Counted from the stretch's first letter, positions 1 to 12,321 are shown. The stretch is 64,000 nt of DNA from Eledone cirrhosa (GCA_964016885.1 OZ024747.1:67270001-67334000), one strand, 5' to 3'. Made by a program: numbers and translations. The notes: generated by a model from the sequence alone, not told the origin.

Positions 1-1590
1 AAAAGTTCACAGGGGCTAAGCTGAACCGGGACAAGTCGATCGGTTTGCAACTCGGCACGTGGAGGGGCAGACCGATGCCCTCCGATAGCGTCGTCGGACG
101 CTGGACGGAGGGCCCGGTGAAGTTGCTCGGGGTCTGGTTCGGACCGGACCTCCAGGTGGAGAAAAACTGGGCGGAGGTTACGAACAGGGTGTTTGCACTG
201 ACCCAGAAGTGGGCCAGTTGCAAACTATCCCTGAAAGGCCGGGCGGAGGTGGCGAACACCTACATAGCGTCCGTCATCTACTACCGCCTGACCGTAGTGC
301 CCTGCCCAAGGGAAACCCTCACCAAGATGGAGCGCGCGCTCTTCCAATTCCTTTGGAAGAGGCGGGCTCCTATGGTGAGGAGATCCATCTGCTGTCAACA
401 CCCTTCGAAAGGAGGGCTGGGGATGCCGTGGCTAATGATGCGTAAACACGCATTAAGGCTACGGCACCTCTACGTATTCCTCACCGGACAACCGGTGTGG
501 GCCTCGTTTGTGAGACGAACCTTTCCCAGACTCGTCTCACTCACCGAGCTGCAATCCTGGGTCAAGCAAAGACCGAGAAAACTGGGCGCCTGGCACACTG
601 AGTGTGCCCAGGCGCTCACCGCCCTCTGGCAGGCGGATCCGGTTATCAGTGGAGACTCCACCGCAACATTCTATAGAGGGCTGGTACGCAGCAGGTGCGA
701 CGACGCCCTCGGGGAAGCCCTAGACATGGAGGAGGACGAACTGGCCAGCCTGTTCGGTAGGACATTCAGCCCGGGACCTATGGACAACTTCCAGAAGTCC
801 CTGGCCTGGCAGTGCTACCGAGGGGCTTTACCCGTTCGAGAAAGGCTCTACAGACACGGGCGCCCGGGTAGGGACCCCGCCAAAAAGATCTGTCCCAGAT
901 GCGTGTGCGACGAGGAAACCGTTGCACACGCATTAGTACACTGCTCGGGCGTAGCCGATCTGTGGGGCTATGTCGAACAACTGCTGTCAAGGGTGGGACC
1001 GATCCGGTTGACCACCGAGTCTATTGTAATGATCAAGCCGCCTCCCCCCTTCAAAGATGAAGCAGAGGCGGTGTTTCTGTGCGTAATAGCCATGGCGAAA
1101 GAGGTTGTATGGTGGACGCGTCTGAAAGGACTGAGGTCGGGCACCTTTCTCTCTGGCCAACAACTGGTCCGTTTCTTCCGATATCATTTCGGAAGAAGGA
1201 TCAGGATGGAGAGAGAGGTGCTGCACCCCAGCCGTTTCTATGAAAGATGGGTGAAAGTGGCGAGAATGGCCCGTGTGAATGGGCCTTCACTCTACATCAG
1301 ACTATAGGTGAGGAAGATGAAAGACCAAGGGAGCACCCCTTCTCTGTGCTCCTGAGGAGAAGGGTTGCACACTTTTTTCGGGGGTGTGTGCGACCCCCCA
1401 AGGCGCCTCCTCTCTATTGAGGATTTTGTTAAAAATTTTATTTTTTGTTATATCTTATTTTATTTTTATATTTTGTTATTGCCTCCTCCTTATTGAGGAC
1501 GCCTTTTTGTGTAAACTCCCCCCTTTGTACTTGTCCCACTTTTGATGCCCTAGTGGCAAATAAAAGAAATATATCTATCAATCTATTCCC
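1..1590 (+). mobile_element. Tx1-clade LINE 3' half, including 3' UTR, AATAAA and a short (TCTA)-like tail
   Basis: ORF above, then UTR 1308-1570, AATAAA at ~1559 and tatctatcaatctat. Homologous to 49929-50294. Confidence 0.85.
3..1307 (+). CDS. Tx1/L1-clade non-LTR retrotransposon ORF2, C-terminal part (end of RT, zf-RVT zinc-binding domain); 5' part lies outside the window
   Basis: Frame open from nt 3: GAKLNRDKS, KLLGVWFG, KLSLKGRAEVAN, HPSKGGLG, AWQCYRGALPVRERL, CPRCVCDEETVAHALVHC. GC-rich, no stops. Confidence 0.9.
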   Translation, partial: KFTGAKLNRDKSIGLQLGTWRGRPMPSDSVVGRWTEGPVKLLGVWFGPDLQVEKNWAEVTNRVFALTQKWASCKLSLKGRAEVANTYIASVIYYRLTVVPCPRETLTKMERALFQFLWKRRAPMVRRSICCQHPSKGGLGMPWLMMRKHALRLRHLYVFLTGQPVWASFVRRTFPRLVSLTELQSWVKQRPRKLGAWHTECAQALTALWQADPVISGDSTATFYRGLVRSRCDDALGEALDMEEDELASLFGRTFSPGPMDNFQKSLAWQCYRGALPVRERLYRHGRPGRDPAKKICPRCVCDEETVAHALVHCSGVADLWGYVEQLLSRVGPIRLTTESIVMIKPPPPFKDEAEAVFLCVIAMAKEVVWWTRLKGLRSGTFLSGQQLVRFFRYHFGRRIRMEREVLHPSRFYERWVKVARMARVNGPSLYIRL

Positions 1591-1597
1591 CTACACC

Positions 1598-1600
<3 letters not shown>

Positions 1601-1634
<34 letters not shown>

Positions 1635-1687
1635 TCTCTCTCTCTCCCTCCCTCTCTCTCTCTCTCCCTCTCTCTCTCTCTCCCTCC

Positions 1688-1727
<40 letters not shown>

Positions 1728-1771
1728 TTGAGTGTGTGGGTGTGGGTGTGGGTGTGGGTGTGGGTGGGTGT

Positions 1772-1866
<95 letters not shown>

Positions 1867-1891
1867 CGCGTGTGCGTGTGCGTGTGTGTGT
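1601..1891. repeat. Compound (CT)n + (GT)n microsatellite
   Basis: Direct reading. Confidence 0.95.
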
Positions 1892-2444
1892 GATGAAAAA
1901 CAGCGCGGGATAACAATACAGTTCAATGATGATATATATTAGTTTAATACTTGATATAGTAAGAAAAATGACATAACGTTTCGGACGTTAGTCCTTCGTC
2001 GAAAGATAGAATGAAAGATAGAAGAAATAGAAAAATAGACAAGAATAAGAAAAGGAAGAAACAGAAAAGAAATGTATATATGTGTGTGTATGTGTGTGTG
2101 TGCGTATGCTTGTATGCGTGTATTTGTGTGCGTGTGGATGTATGTTGTGTGGGGGGGGGGGTGAGAGACAGAGAGAGGACATGTACGTGCTTTACTTCAT
2201 ATACGATATCATATATGGAGGTGGTATTGATGACGATGTTGATGATGATTATGATAACTGTGGTGATGACACGATGAGGTTAATGATGACGGCGATGGCG
2301 ATGATGATAATTTTTACCTGATTAATGTTATTAAGGAAAGGGGAGAAATAGTTGAGCATTAGAAATATTACACCTGTCATTTGGATTACGACAGGTGTAG
2401 CATCAAAGCAACGTGAGTTGTCATCCGTACAAATCATTGGACAG

Positions 2445-2629
<185 letters not shown>

Positions 2630-2863
2630 GTAGTATATGTAGCTGTATGTGGCTGTATATGTGGCTGTGGGCGTCGCTAGATGTGGATATGTGTGTATAT
2701 ATGAGTGGTTGTATCAGTGAGGTTGTGTATGTTTGTATGTGTGAAATGGAAGACAAAGAACCAATGGGAGTGGTTTGTTAAAGGTTGACGTTTGGGCTGT
2801 ATCTGGTGATTAGTTGAGTATTGTTGAGTGAAAATATAGTGAGAGAACTCACACATACAAACG

Positions 2864-2898
<35 letters not shown>

Positions 2899-3030
2899 TA
2901 GAAAATGAGGTCTTTTTTTTTTTACAAAATGAAAGAAACGAGACGTCCTACACGAGTGAAAGTATAAGGAAAAAATATGAAATCGAAAATGCAGCTGGAG
3001 TCTTTTTAAGAATATTTATTTGGTTCCTTT

Positions 3031-3152
3031 ACCGGTTTCGCAGTTCTTGTGCTTTTCAAAAGTAGAATTGAGATGGAGGGTTTGCGAGATGCGAGAAAAA
3101 CCACAAACCCTCCATCTCAATTCTACTTTTGAAAAGCACAAGAACTGCGAAA
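3031..3152. repeat. 49-bp inverted repeat carrying a degenerate hammerhead-like core (Penelope-type terminal repeat fragment)
   Basis: 3036-3084 is the reverse complement of 3104-3152. Minus strand reads TTGAAAA-GCA...TGC-GAAA-CCGG-TA. Confidence 0.6.
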
Positions 3153-4051
3153 TACTCACATAAACACACTACTGAACTAAGATAGAATGCAAAAACACAT
3201 ACACTCAAACACGAACACACACACCAAACAGGAAACACACGCAAACGCATGCGCAAATAGAGACAGAGACAAGAATAAAGAAATAAGTTAATTAAATAAA
3301 ACTGGCTTAGGTATTACAATACAACGGGAGGAAACATAATAGTACCACTGATGATGTCACAGATGTGTGACGAAAGAACTTTGATAGACTATATATATAT
3401 TTATATCTGTATTTTTAACCGTTGGTCAATCAATGATAAACATTGATTGCCAGATAAACTAACTATGGAGATATAAAAGATACAGAAGCAAAAACTAACC
3501 AAAACCAAACAGTGAGTGTGTTCTATTATTATTTCTGCCAATATTATAACAATATGACCTTCCCCAAATATAACAATATCTGTTTCAACATATATGTATA
3601 TATATGGGCAGGGCGGTTAACCAGGAACTTTAAAAATCTCCCCACTGAAGTTAACAAAGAACTTACTAGATCTACAAAACCAAATTGTAAAATTCTATTA
3701 TAAATTAAATTAAATTGTTTAGAGCTACAAGTGAAGTCATTTTTTGCCTTTTTTAAAATATATATATATATATATAAATTTTTATTAATATATTGTATAT
3801 ATATATATATTGTATATATATATATCACTGACCAGCAGTTGGCCATCTGGCCATTGCTAAATCTGACCTTTATAAAATAACCCACTCCCCCAAATAACTC
3901 CTCATTCACTACCAGAAAGGCACACAGCAGTCAACTTGCTGCTACCAAGATGAAAACTACTATGAAATCCCACACTGAATTTTATACTTGAATTTTCAAA
4001 TCTCAAATTTTAACTCTTCTTATTATTAATTTTCTTAATATTAATCAACAT

Positions 4052-4089
4052 TTGAAAAGATGGCTTTTGCAGACCCATCGAAACCGGTC
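4052..4089 (+). ncRNA. Degenerate minimal hammerhead ribozyme-like motif
   Basis: TTGAAAA-GATGG(loop)CCATC-GAAA-CCGG-TC. The CUGANGA box is mutated. Confidence 0.45.
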
Positions 4090-4232
4090 ATTTTTTATAC
4101 CCTTTATTATTTCCTTACCTTATAAAATTATATGTTTTTTCACAAAAAAGTATTCTGTCTCTTATATATTCCATGTGCCATTACCAACCTCAATTTTCTC
4201 TATAACCTTCGTTTTGTGTAGAAACTTACACT

Positions 4233-4355
<123 letters not shown>

Positions 4356-4369
4356 ATATATATATATAC

Positions 4370-4521
4370 TTCGTTTTTTAATATGTTTTACAAAATTTCT
4401 TATCTGAAAACGTGTGTTCAAAAAGATATTGTTATACTTTCGGAAGGTCATGCTGCCAATAAAAACACATCAGATGCGTGTGTTTTTATTGACAACATGA
4501 CCTTCTCAAAGTGTAACAATA
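4370..4521. repeat. Dispersed hairpin repeat family 'Y' embedded in (AT)n; other copies ~3545-3590, 18465-18530, 38418-38569, 39259-39310
   Basis: Shared core ttgttatactttgggagggtcatgttgccaataagaaacaca plus its inverted copy, flanked by (AT)n. Confidence 0.75.
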
Positions 4522-5256
4522 TATATGTATATATATATATCTTGGAAGATGCTACTTATTACAAGAATTGGCTGGATTTAATATAACTAACTTTCTCATT
4601 ATCATACCTTAAGAAAGGTCATTACAGAAAAATATGATGGACAGTTTTAAGAGGAATATAAACACTTTAAAATAAACTGTTTTGTATTGTAAAGTCCGGG
4701 GTGGTTTCACACGTTGTGGTATCAAAACAGTTAAACCGGTGCATCGAGCATGACTTAACAAAAGAACTTACATAAATTGATGATGGACGGTTTTAGATAA
4801 ATACGAGGCTCTAGGAAATCGTTGGTTAACAATATTGAGTTTACATGGTTCTAGGAGTTCATTGGGTTAAAATGTTAGGCCCTTATGACTTAGAATTGTA
4901 TAGAAACACCAGGTCGTTAGTGTTGAGATGGAATATCACTGTTAAAGTTAGTTGTTTATGTGCAATTATATATAAAGTGCATATGTCATAACGTAAATCT
5001 CTCAAAAAAGTTTTTCTTTCAATAAACACAAGACAGAAGATTTTTGAATGACACTTAGATTTTGAAACACTGACAGCTGACATTTATGGCTTACACATAC
5101 ATACATTCATACATATAAACATACGTACGTACTGTGTACAAACATACATACATACATACATACATACATGCATACATACATACATACATACATACATACA
5201 TACATACATACATACATACATACATACATACATACATACATACATACATACATACA

Positions 5257-6128
5257 AAAAAAAATTGACCAATTTACAGAAAAAGTTGTGCATGGATACT
5301 TGAGACGTAAAACACAGACCATAGAGGGGATAAACCACTCAAAAAGCCTGGCATGGAGTTCCGACAAGTTTATGACATCACACCTTGAGGGATATCTCTA
5401 TGCAATACAGGAACAAGAACTCCCTACCAAATATCTGCTGTACAAAAGAGGAGGGCCAGCAGCTAACAATAAATGTAGGCTATGTAAACAAAGATCGAGG
5501 ATGTAAGCCAGATTGTTGCCAGCTGCGAAAGAATGTCATCTCGCTACTACCTCCCCATGAGACACGATGGGATAGCTAGAACCATCTGGAACGTACTTCG
5601 GAAAACAAAATTAACAACAAACGAGGAAGAATATATTGAGACAGATGGCACTAAGGAATACTGGTGGAACCTGAAAATAAAAACTGCCACCAAATTAAAG
5701 CACAACCGGCCTGATATTGTTGTTTGGGACCACACATTGAAAACGTGTTCTGTTGTGGAGATCAGCTGCCCACTTGATGTAAACGTTGTCAGAAAAATAC
5801 AGGAGAAAGAGGACATCTACGGACCATTGATGAGGAGTTTACAAATCCAGTATCCAAGATACACCTTTAGCTTCATACCCATCATTATTGGAGCTACGGG
5901 TTATATACCAACCCGCTTGGACCAAAGTATGACTGAACTTGGATTTGCGGACAAAAGGCGCAGCTCCGTAATTCATAGTGTACAAATGGCTGCGATAGCT
6001 GGCACCTTCAAAATTTGCAAAACATTCTTGCGATTCAAGGGATGACAATTTCTTTTCTTTTACAACCTTGGCACCAGGAAGGTGGCCGGTCAAAAAAAAT
6101 ATACTCGAAATTAAGAGAAAGAGATAAC
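5257..6128 (+). mobile_element. 5'-truncated R4/Dong-like non-LTR retrotransposon (CCHC + RLE endonuclease), frameshifted, flanked by (TACA)n
   Basis: AIQEQELPT, CRLC..IVASC, RHD, HNRPDIVVWD, EISCPLD, K..Y, PIIIGATG. 1-bp deletion near 5488 relative to the copy at 52465. Confidence 0.85.
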
Positions 6129-6354
6129 ATACATACACATACACACACACAGCACATACACACACACACATATATCCATATATATATATCTGTGATATCG
6201 ACAGGCATGAAATTGAGTACGTGATGCCGAAGTAGAGTTTAATTATTCTTTATTATGATAAAGTAATGAGTTGTTATTCTGGAGTTTTCCCCATCTCACT
6301 GAATTACAAAATCAATCACAGCCATAATAAAGAATATATATATATATATATATA

Positions 6355-6512
6355 ACGAAGGAAATGTGGTAAGGAACCAGATGGACCATAACGTACCAAA
6401 GTACTCAATACTTAGGGTAGTAGAGTGGGTAATAGGAACGAGTAGGACCCCGACGGCTGAGAGTAGCCGTCGAAACGGCTTGAGCTCAGCCGTCGGGGTC
6501 CTACTCGTTCTT
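6355..6512 (-). repeat. Dispersed family 'X': Penelope-like 3' terminus with the 3' half of a hammerhead and an inverted partial copy, in (AT)n; other copies 20088-20247, 37850-38060, 59039-59228
   Basis: Shared gtggtaaggaaccagatggaccataacg...cttagggtagtagagtggg and GAAA-CGGC(loop)GCCG-TC. Confidence 0.7.
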
Positions 6513-6654
6513 ATATATATATAGATCCCATAACTCATTGTGGTGTCGTAGAGTCACCGTTATGCGGCCGTGTCTAGGGCACTTTCAAACCTGGTGGAGC
6601 CCAATCCTCTCCAGGTCTGATACAGTCGATTTTTTTCTACAGAGGAAGAATCGA

Positions 6655-6810
6655 CTCCAGTACTGGACTGGTACTTTTTTTATCGACCTCGAAAGGATGA
6701 AAGGCAAAGTTGACCATGGCGGGATTTGAACTCGCGGGATTTGAGTACGCAATGGGGTGGGGGGAATACCGTAAAGCATTCTATCCGACGTCTTAACGAC
6801 TCTGTCAATA
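6655..6810 (-). mobile_element. tRNA-derived SINE (Meta-domain-like core)
   Basis: Reverse complement contains gagttcaaatccc (B box) and ttgcctttcatcctttcgaggtcgataaaaaagtaccag. Confidence 0.7.
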
Positions 6811-6947
6811 TATATATACAAACAATTGTATCGAAAATTAAACCTCTATGAGACATACATACATGCATACATACATACATACATACATACATACATACAT
6901 ACATACATACATACATACATACATACATACATACATACATACATACA

Positions 6948-7045
6948 TCATGGCTGCCCCCTCGTTATCGAGTATGGCCATTGCACGAGGAGCAAAAAAA
7001 AATATTAATAGATAAATAAAAAATAAAATAAAATAAAAAAAATAA

Positions 7046-7079
<34 letters not shown>

Positions 7080-8852
7080 ATATACATATATACACACATA
7101 TATATATATACACACACACATATACATTAATAACAATAATAATAATAATAATAATAACAACAATAATAATATACATAAACATATCTATACACACACACAC
7201 ACGATAGCAACTAACAGCGCTGCGATCGAATGTGGCTTTTTAGCCCAGCCAATGATCTAAAATGTCTTGCACAGAGTCGGCAACCAAAACATTCACTGGG
7301 AATAGCCGGCTGTGGTTGGAATTCATGTACTTTTGCATGTCGCTTGAGCCCTCCTGCTGATTTACATTCTCTACCACATGTTTGGCAAGCATGATGAGTA
7401 GCATCTCCAACAGCAGCCTGGTAGTCAACCACTGGTCTTACTTTATGACTGCTAAGATGACTTTCGAGTCCAGCTTTGCTTAGGCAGAGTCTCGCACAGA
7501 CGCTGCCTGCATGTCAGCACCATAGGAGGACCCTCGCCGTCTGGAAGTGCAACAGCAATGCCCTTCCTCACATCCCGCTTTACTTTCTTGTATGCGATTC
7601 GAGATGCCTCAAAGGCAACTTTTCCCTCATATGCAGTCTTTCTCCATTTATTACGATCAGCAGCAATATTTTCCCATGTATCAGCAGAGATGTTAGCGTC
7701 TTTCAAAGAGGCTTTCAAGGAATCCTTATACCTCTTTTTTGGTTTATGTGGCGGTCGTTTTCCTTTAACCAACTCTCCATAAAAGAGTTGTTTTGGTATT
7801 CTAGAATCCTTCATCCTGGCAAGGTGACCACTCCAACGGAGTCGTTGCTTAAGCAAAGAGCTTCTATACTGTCACACATAGAGCTTTCCAAAATCTCGAC
7901 ATCACTGATGTGGTCCCTCCAGTGAACGCCATGGATCCGTCTGAGACATCTGATGGAAACGCTCCAATTGCTTAAGGTGGTGTCGATATGTGACCCAGGT
8001 CTCGCAGGCATAAAGAAGACAAGAGAGTACACATGCCTTGTACACCTTTACCTTTCTCCTCCTGCATATGTCTCGCCGACCCCAGAGTCGCCTTTCTAGC
8101 TTTCCGAAAGCATTACTTGTTTTCCTAATCCTAAGTGAGATTTCACTATCAAGGTTGCTGTATCGATTGACAGTGCTTCCCAAGTAGACAAACTGATCAA
8201 CCACTCCAAGTCGTTTACCATACACATAGATATTTGGTTCAGTATACTGCTTACCAGAGGCAGATTGGTACATGACGACGGTTTTCTTGAGACTGACAGT
8301 CAATCCTAGGACAGCGCAAGCGTCAGAAAATGCATCCAAAATGTGCTGCATATCACTCTCTGTGTGCGCTACAAGATCGCAATCATCTGCATACAAGAGG
8401 TCTCTTATGATTGATGTAAATACTTTTGTCTTTCCAGCAAAGCGCCTGATGTTAAATATGCTGCCTGAGGTTCGATATCGGATGTAAACACCATGCTCGC
8501 AATTCCTGAATGCAATACAGAAAACCATTGCAAAGTATATGGCAAACAGGGTCGGTGCTGGAATATCCCCCTGTTTCACTCCATTTTTTACTGAGATAGG
8601 CTCCGACATGTTACCTCCGACATTAACCCAAGCCTTCATGTCGTCATGGAAAGACCTAACTAAAGCAAGGAACTTATCAGGGCAACCAAGTTTCTGGAGA
8701 ACCTTCCATAATGCATCTCTGTTAACAGTATCGAAAGCTTTTGTCAGATCGACAAAAATCTGATACAGATCCAAACCTTGTGTCCATGCACTTCTCCTGG
8801 AGCTGTCTAGCTGAGAAGATCATATCAGTAGTGCCGCGTCCAGCACGAAAAC
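6948..8852 (-). mobile_element. 5'-truncated, frameshifted RTE-clade LINE (RT + C-terminal C2H2 zinc fingers) with (TATG)n tail at 6853-6947
   Basis: GFRAGRGTTDMIF..RQLQEKC, FVDLTKAFDTVNR, GVKQGDIPAPTLF, LLYADD, FVYLGS, LLYACETW, RLRWSGHLARM..RIPKQLFYGEL, CxxC..GLKSH; 3' hairpin ctcgataacgag at ~6960. Confidence 0.9.
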
Positions 8853-8920
8853 CATACATACATACATACATACATACATACATACATACATACATACATA
8901 CATACATACATACATACATA

Positions 8921-9533
8921 CATGGTGGCTGCCAACTCGTTTACGAGTATGACCACTACTTTATATCCATGTAGGAGAACCCCTACCGATGCGCTTAACG
9001 AGTGTGACTTTTTAGTCCAGCCTGTGACTTGAAAACTCTGGTACAAACACTACACCTGTGACAATTATTGACACACAGTGATGGGCCCATGGTACCATGT
9101 GACGACAAGTGCAGAGAGATCTCCAGATATAAAGCAATGCTTGTGCCGTGAAGCTTTTATAGTGAGCAAAGGCACTGCACAAAGCCAGTCCCACTCTCTT
9201 AACCAAGATGATATTTACCAAAAAGAATAACAAGTCAACATCATTGGATAACATCAGGGTTGCAGGTGTTATATCAGAGTTTTCCTTCTCCTAGAATTCT
9301 GCCTTGACAAAGGCTAAGGGGTCATCTCTCCCGGTGATTTTGGATGGCCATTGACTCTTAAGAGTTCCTTTGACCTTTGACAGGTTTTGTTTTTAGTCCT
9401 GCAGGATGTCCAAAGTCACCCTCCTCACCAAGGAACCTTGGTGGGGTTGCCAGTTTAGTCGCCAACGACCCGACCATGTGACAGGTTGTACTGGGATACA
9501 TGTTACCAGTAGCACCAACTGGTGACCTGATAG
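8921..9533 (-). mobile_element. Non-autonomous bipartite RTE derivative (RTE 5' UTR fused to RTE 3' end), flanked by (TATG)n
   Basis: RTE 5'-UTR-type motif ctaggagaaggaaaactctgat (~9270-9293); last zinc-finger codons CSVCTRVFKSQAGLKSH; 3' hairpin ctcgtaaacgag followed by (tatg)n. Confidence 0.7.
9450..9507 (-). ncRNA. Candidate (degenerate) HDV-like ribozyme at the 5' end of the bipartite RTE element
   Basis: Order P1(aacatgt)-P2(ccagt)-P3(aca/tgt, CC in loop)-P1'(acatggt)-GG-P4(tcg/cga)-CUAA-P2'(actgg). The L3 loop is shorter than canonical. Confidence 0.45.
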
Positions 9534-9622
9534 ATACATACATACATACATACATACATACATACATACATACATACATACATACATACATACATACATA
9601 CATACATACATACATACATACA

Positions 9623-9850
9623 GAACTGATGAGAAATCTGCAGATACTCCACCCTGACTACACCTTCAGATTTATGCCTGTGATTATTGGGGCACTGGGA
9701 TATGTTAGTAACTGCCTCAATACAAATCTTGAGAAGCTGGGCTTCACAGGAACAGAAAGAACACAACTAGTTAGGAAACTACAAGTACAATCCATTAATG
9801 GAACAGTAAAAATATGTAAAACATTCCAAACATTTTGCATCTAATAACTG
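9623..9850 (+). mobile_element. 3' tip of a second R4/Dong-like RLE family following (TACA)n
   Basis: LMRNLQILHPDYTFRFMPVIIGALG...GTVKICKTF. Confidence 0.75.
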
Positions 9851-10072
9851 CATATATACATGTACAGATGCAAAGCATATACACATGCACACATACAACT
9901 CAAAACATACACATCCACACATACAATAACATCAATATCTACACATGCATACATACATATCTACCTAGTCATATTCCAATGAGAGAGTCTTGTGTCTATG
10001 TTAGAAACCGACTCTCTCTCTATTGGTAAAACTTTGTGAGATTATAAAACCAGAACATACATACATACATAC

Positions 10073-10382
10073 AAGAGAAGGAAGACATCTACAGACCATT
10101 GATGAGGAGTTTGCAGATCCACTTTCAACTTCATACCCATCATTATTGGAGCTACAGATTATATACCAACCCGCTTGGACCAAAGTATAACTGAACTTGG
10201 ATTTGTGGACAAAGAGTGCAGCTCTCTAATTCAGACAACAAATGGCTGTGATAGCTGGCACCTTCAAAATTTGCAAAACATTCTTGTGATTCAAGGGATG
10301 ACAATTTCTTTTCTTTTACAACCTTGCCACCAGGAAGGTGGTCGGTCAAAAATGTACTCGAAATTAAGAGAAAGAGAAACAT
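10073..10382 (+). mobile_element. Degraded 3' fragment of the 5257/52465 RLE family
   Basis: High nucleotide similarity to 5800-6128, preceded by (TACA)n. Confidence 0.8.
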
Positions 10383-10944
10383 ACATTCATATATAGACAT
10401 TTTACATAGTGTGTTAGGAGGAAAGGTCAGCAGCGTCCATGACCTTCACAATCACTCCGACACTGGACAGATCAATGACATTTTTATTCTGTTTAATCTG
10501 TTCAAGTTCATTTATTCCGGAAAAGATACGAACGGAAGAATGAGTTCCCTAAGTCCAACGTTCTAGGAAGGAAAAGCTTATCTAGAGGAAGGGAGAGCGC
10601 CCATGGCCTTCATAAGCACCCAAAGGTAAGAGAGATCAATGACGTTGAAGTTTTATTTAAATTGTTGTGGGTCTTCTATTTTGGGACATATATGAGCAGA
10701 GAGGAAGTTACAATTGGCCTACGGTCTATGAGCAGAAAAGATTATTGCAGTTGTTGTTGTTGTTGTTGTTGTTGTTAATGCAATTATTGCTGCTGTTGTT
10801 GTTGCAGTTAATGTAGTTGTTTTGTAATTGTTGATGTTGTTATTCTCGCCAAACCAGTTGCTACAGACAGAATCCTTCATCCGTTCAAAATATCATTTAT
10901 ATAGATCAAAGAAAGAAATCTATATGAGGAGGGTGGCATTGTGG

Positions 10945-11697
10945 TCCTCTGTGGTGTGATGTGGTGCAGTGTTGTGTGGTGTGGTGTGGTGTGGTATAGC
11001 GTGGTGTGGTGTGGTGAGGTGTGGTGTGGTGCAGTGTTGTGTGGTGTGGTGTGGTATAGCGTGGTGTGGTGTGGTGTGATGTGGTGTGGTATAGTGTGAT
11101 GTGGTGTGGTGTGGTGTGGTATAGCGTGGTGTGGTGTGGTGAAGTGTGGTGTGGTGCAGTGTTTGTGGCATGGTATAGCGCGATGTGGTGTGGTGTGGTG
11201 TGGTATAGCGTGGTGTGGTGTGGTGTGATGTGATGTGGTGTGGTATAGTGTGATGTGGTGTGGTATAGCGTGGTGTGGTGTGGTGAGGTGTGGTGTGGTG
11301 AGGTGTGGTGTGGTGAGGTGTGGTATGGTGTGGTATAGCGTGGTGTGGTGTGGTGTGGTGTGGTGAGGTGTGGTGTGGTGCAGTGTTGTGTGGTGTGGTA
11401 TGGTGTGGTATAGCGTGGTGTGGTGTGGTGTGGTGTGATGTGATGTGGTGTGGTATAGTGTGGTGTGGTGTGGTATAGCATGGTGTGGTGTGGTGAGGTG
11501 TGGTGTGGTGCAGTGTTGTGTGGTGTGGTATGGTGTGGTAATGCGTGGTGAGGTGTGGTGTGGTGTGATGTGATGTGGTGTGGTATAGTGTGGTGTGGTG
11601 TGGTATAGCGTGGTGTGGTGTGGTGAGGTGTGGTGTGGTGCAGTGTTGTGTGGTGTGGTGTGGTATGGTGTGGTATAGCGTGGTGTGGTGTGGTGTA
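10945..11697. repeat. (TGTGG)n pentanucleotide array with recurring variant units (tatag, cgtgg, tgagg, tgcag)
   Basis: Direct reading; the HTTPH-type ORFs are artefacts. Confidence 0.95.
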
Positions 11698-12229
11698 TTG
11701 TGCTATAGTAATGGAGTAAGCGATGATGATGGTGATAATAAGCATGTTGTTGTTGGTCGTGGGCGGTAGTGGTGGGGGGAGGGATGATTGTGATGATGGA
11801 CATGATGTCATTGGTTTTGTTTTTTATGTGTAGCCCCAAGTGAGATATAAGGTAGCAGTTTGAACCATATCAAGCTGGAAACACCGGTTCTAGTCTGCTA
11901 GAAAAGATGATAGTGGTGATGGTAATGCTGAAGTTATTGATGATGATGAGGATAAGAAGGAGGATAAGGAGGGAGAGAAGGAGGGGGGAGATGGTTGGGG
12001 GAAAGGAACGATGATGATGATGATATTGATGTTGATAATGATAAAAATGATGGCAATGACTATGATGATGATGATGGCTATGATGTTGAAATTGGCATAA
12101 TCCCATTAATGGTATCTATCTCTTGATAGAATTGAAAATTATCCAAAATTGTAAATAATATATGTCTATATTTGCATACATGTATTGTAGAGGCAGCAAG
12201 TATTATGAGCATATACATATACATACATC

Positions 12230-12265
<36 letters not shown>

Positions 12266-12278
12266 AGAGAGTATTCAT

Positions 12279-12321
<43 letters not shown>

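Noticed and set aside
7211-7432. Host C2H2 zinc-finger gene
   Set aside because: Collinear with the RTE RT and immediately before its 3' UTR, so it is the element's C-terminus.
10877-11839. His/Thr/Pro-rich protein
   Set aside because: Translation of a (CCACA)n pentamer array, open in several frames.
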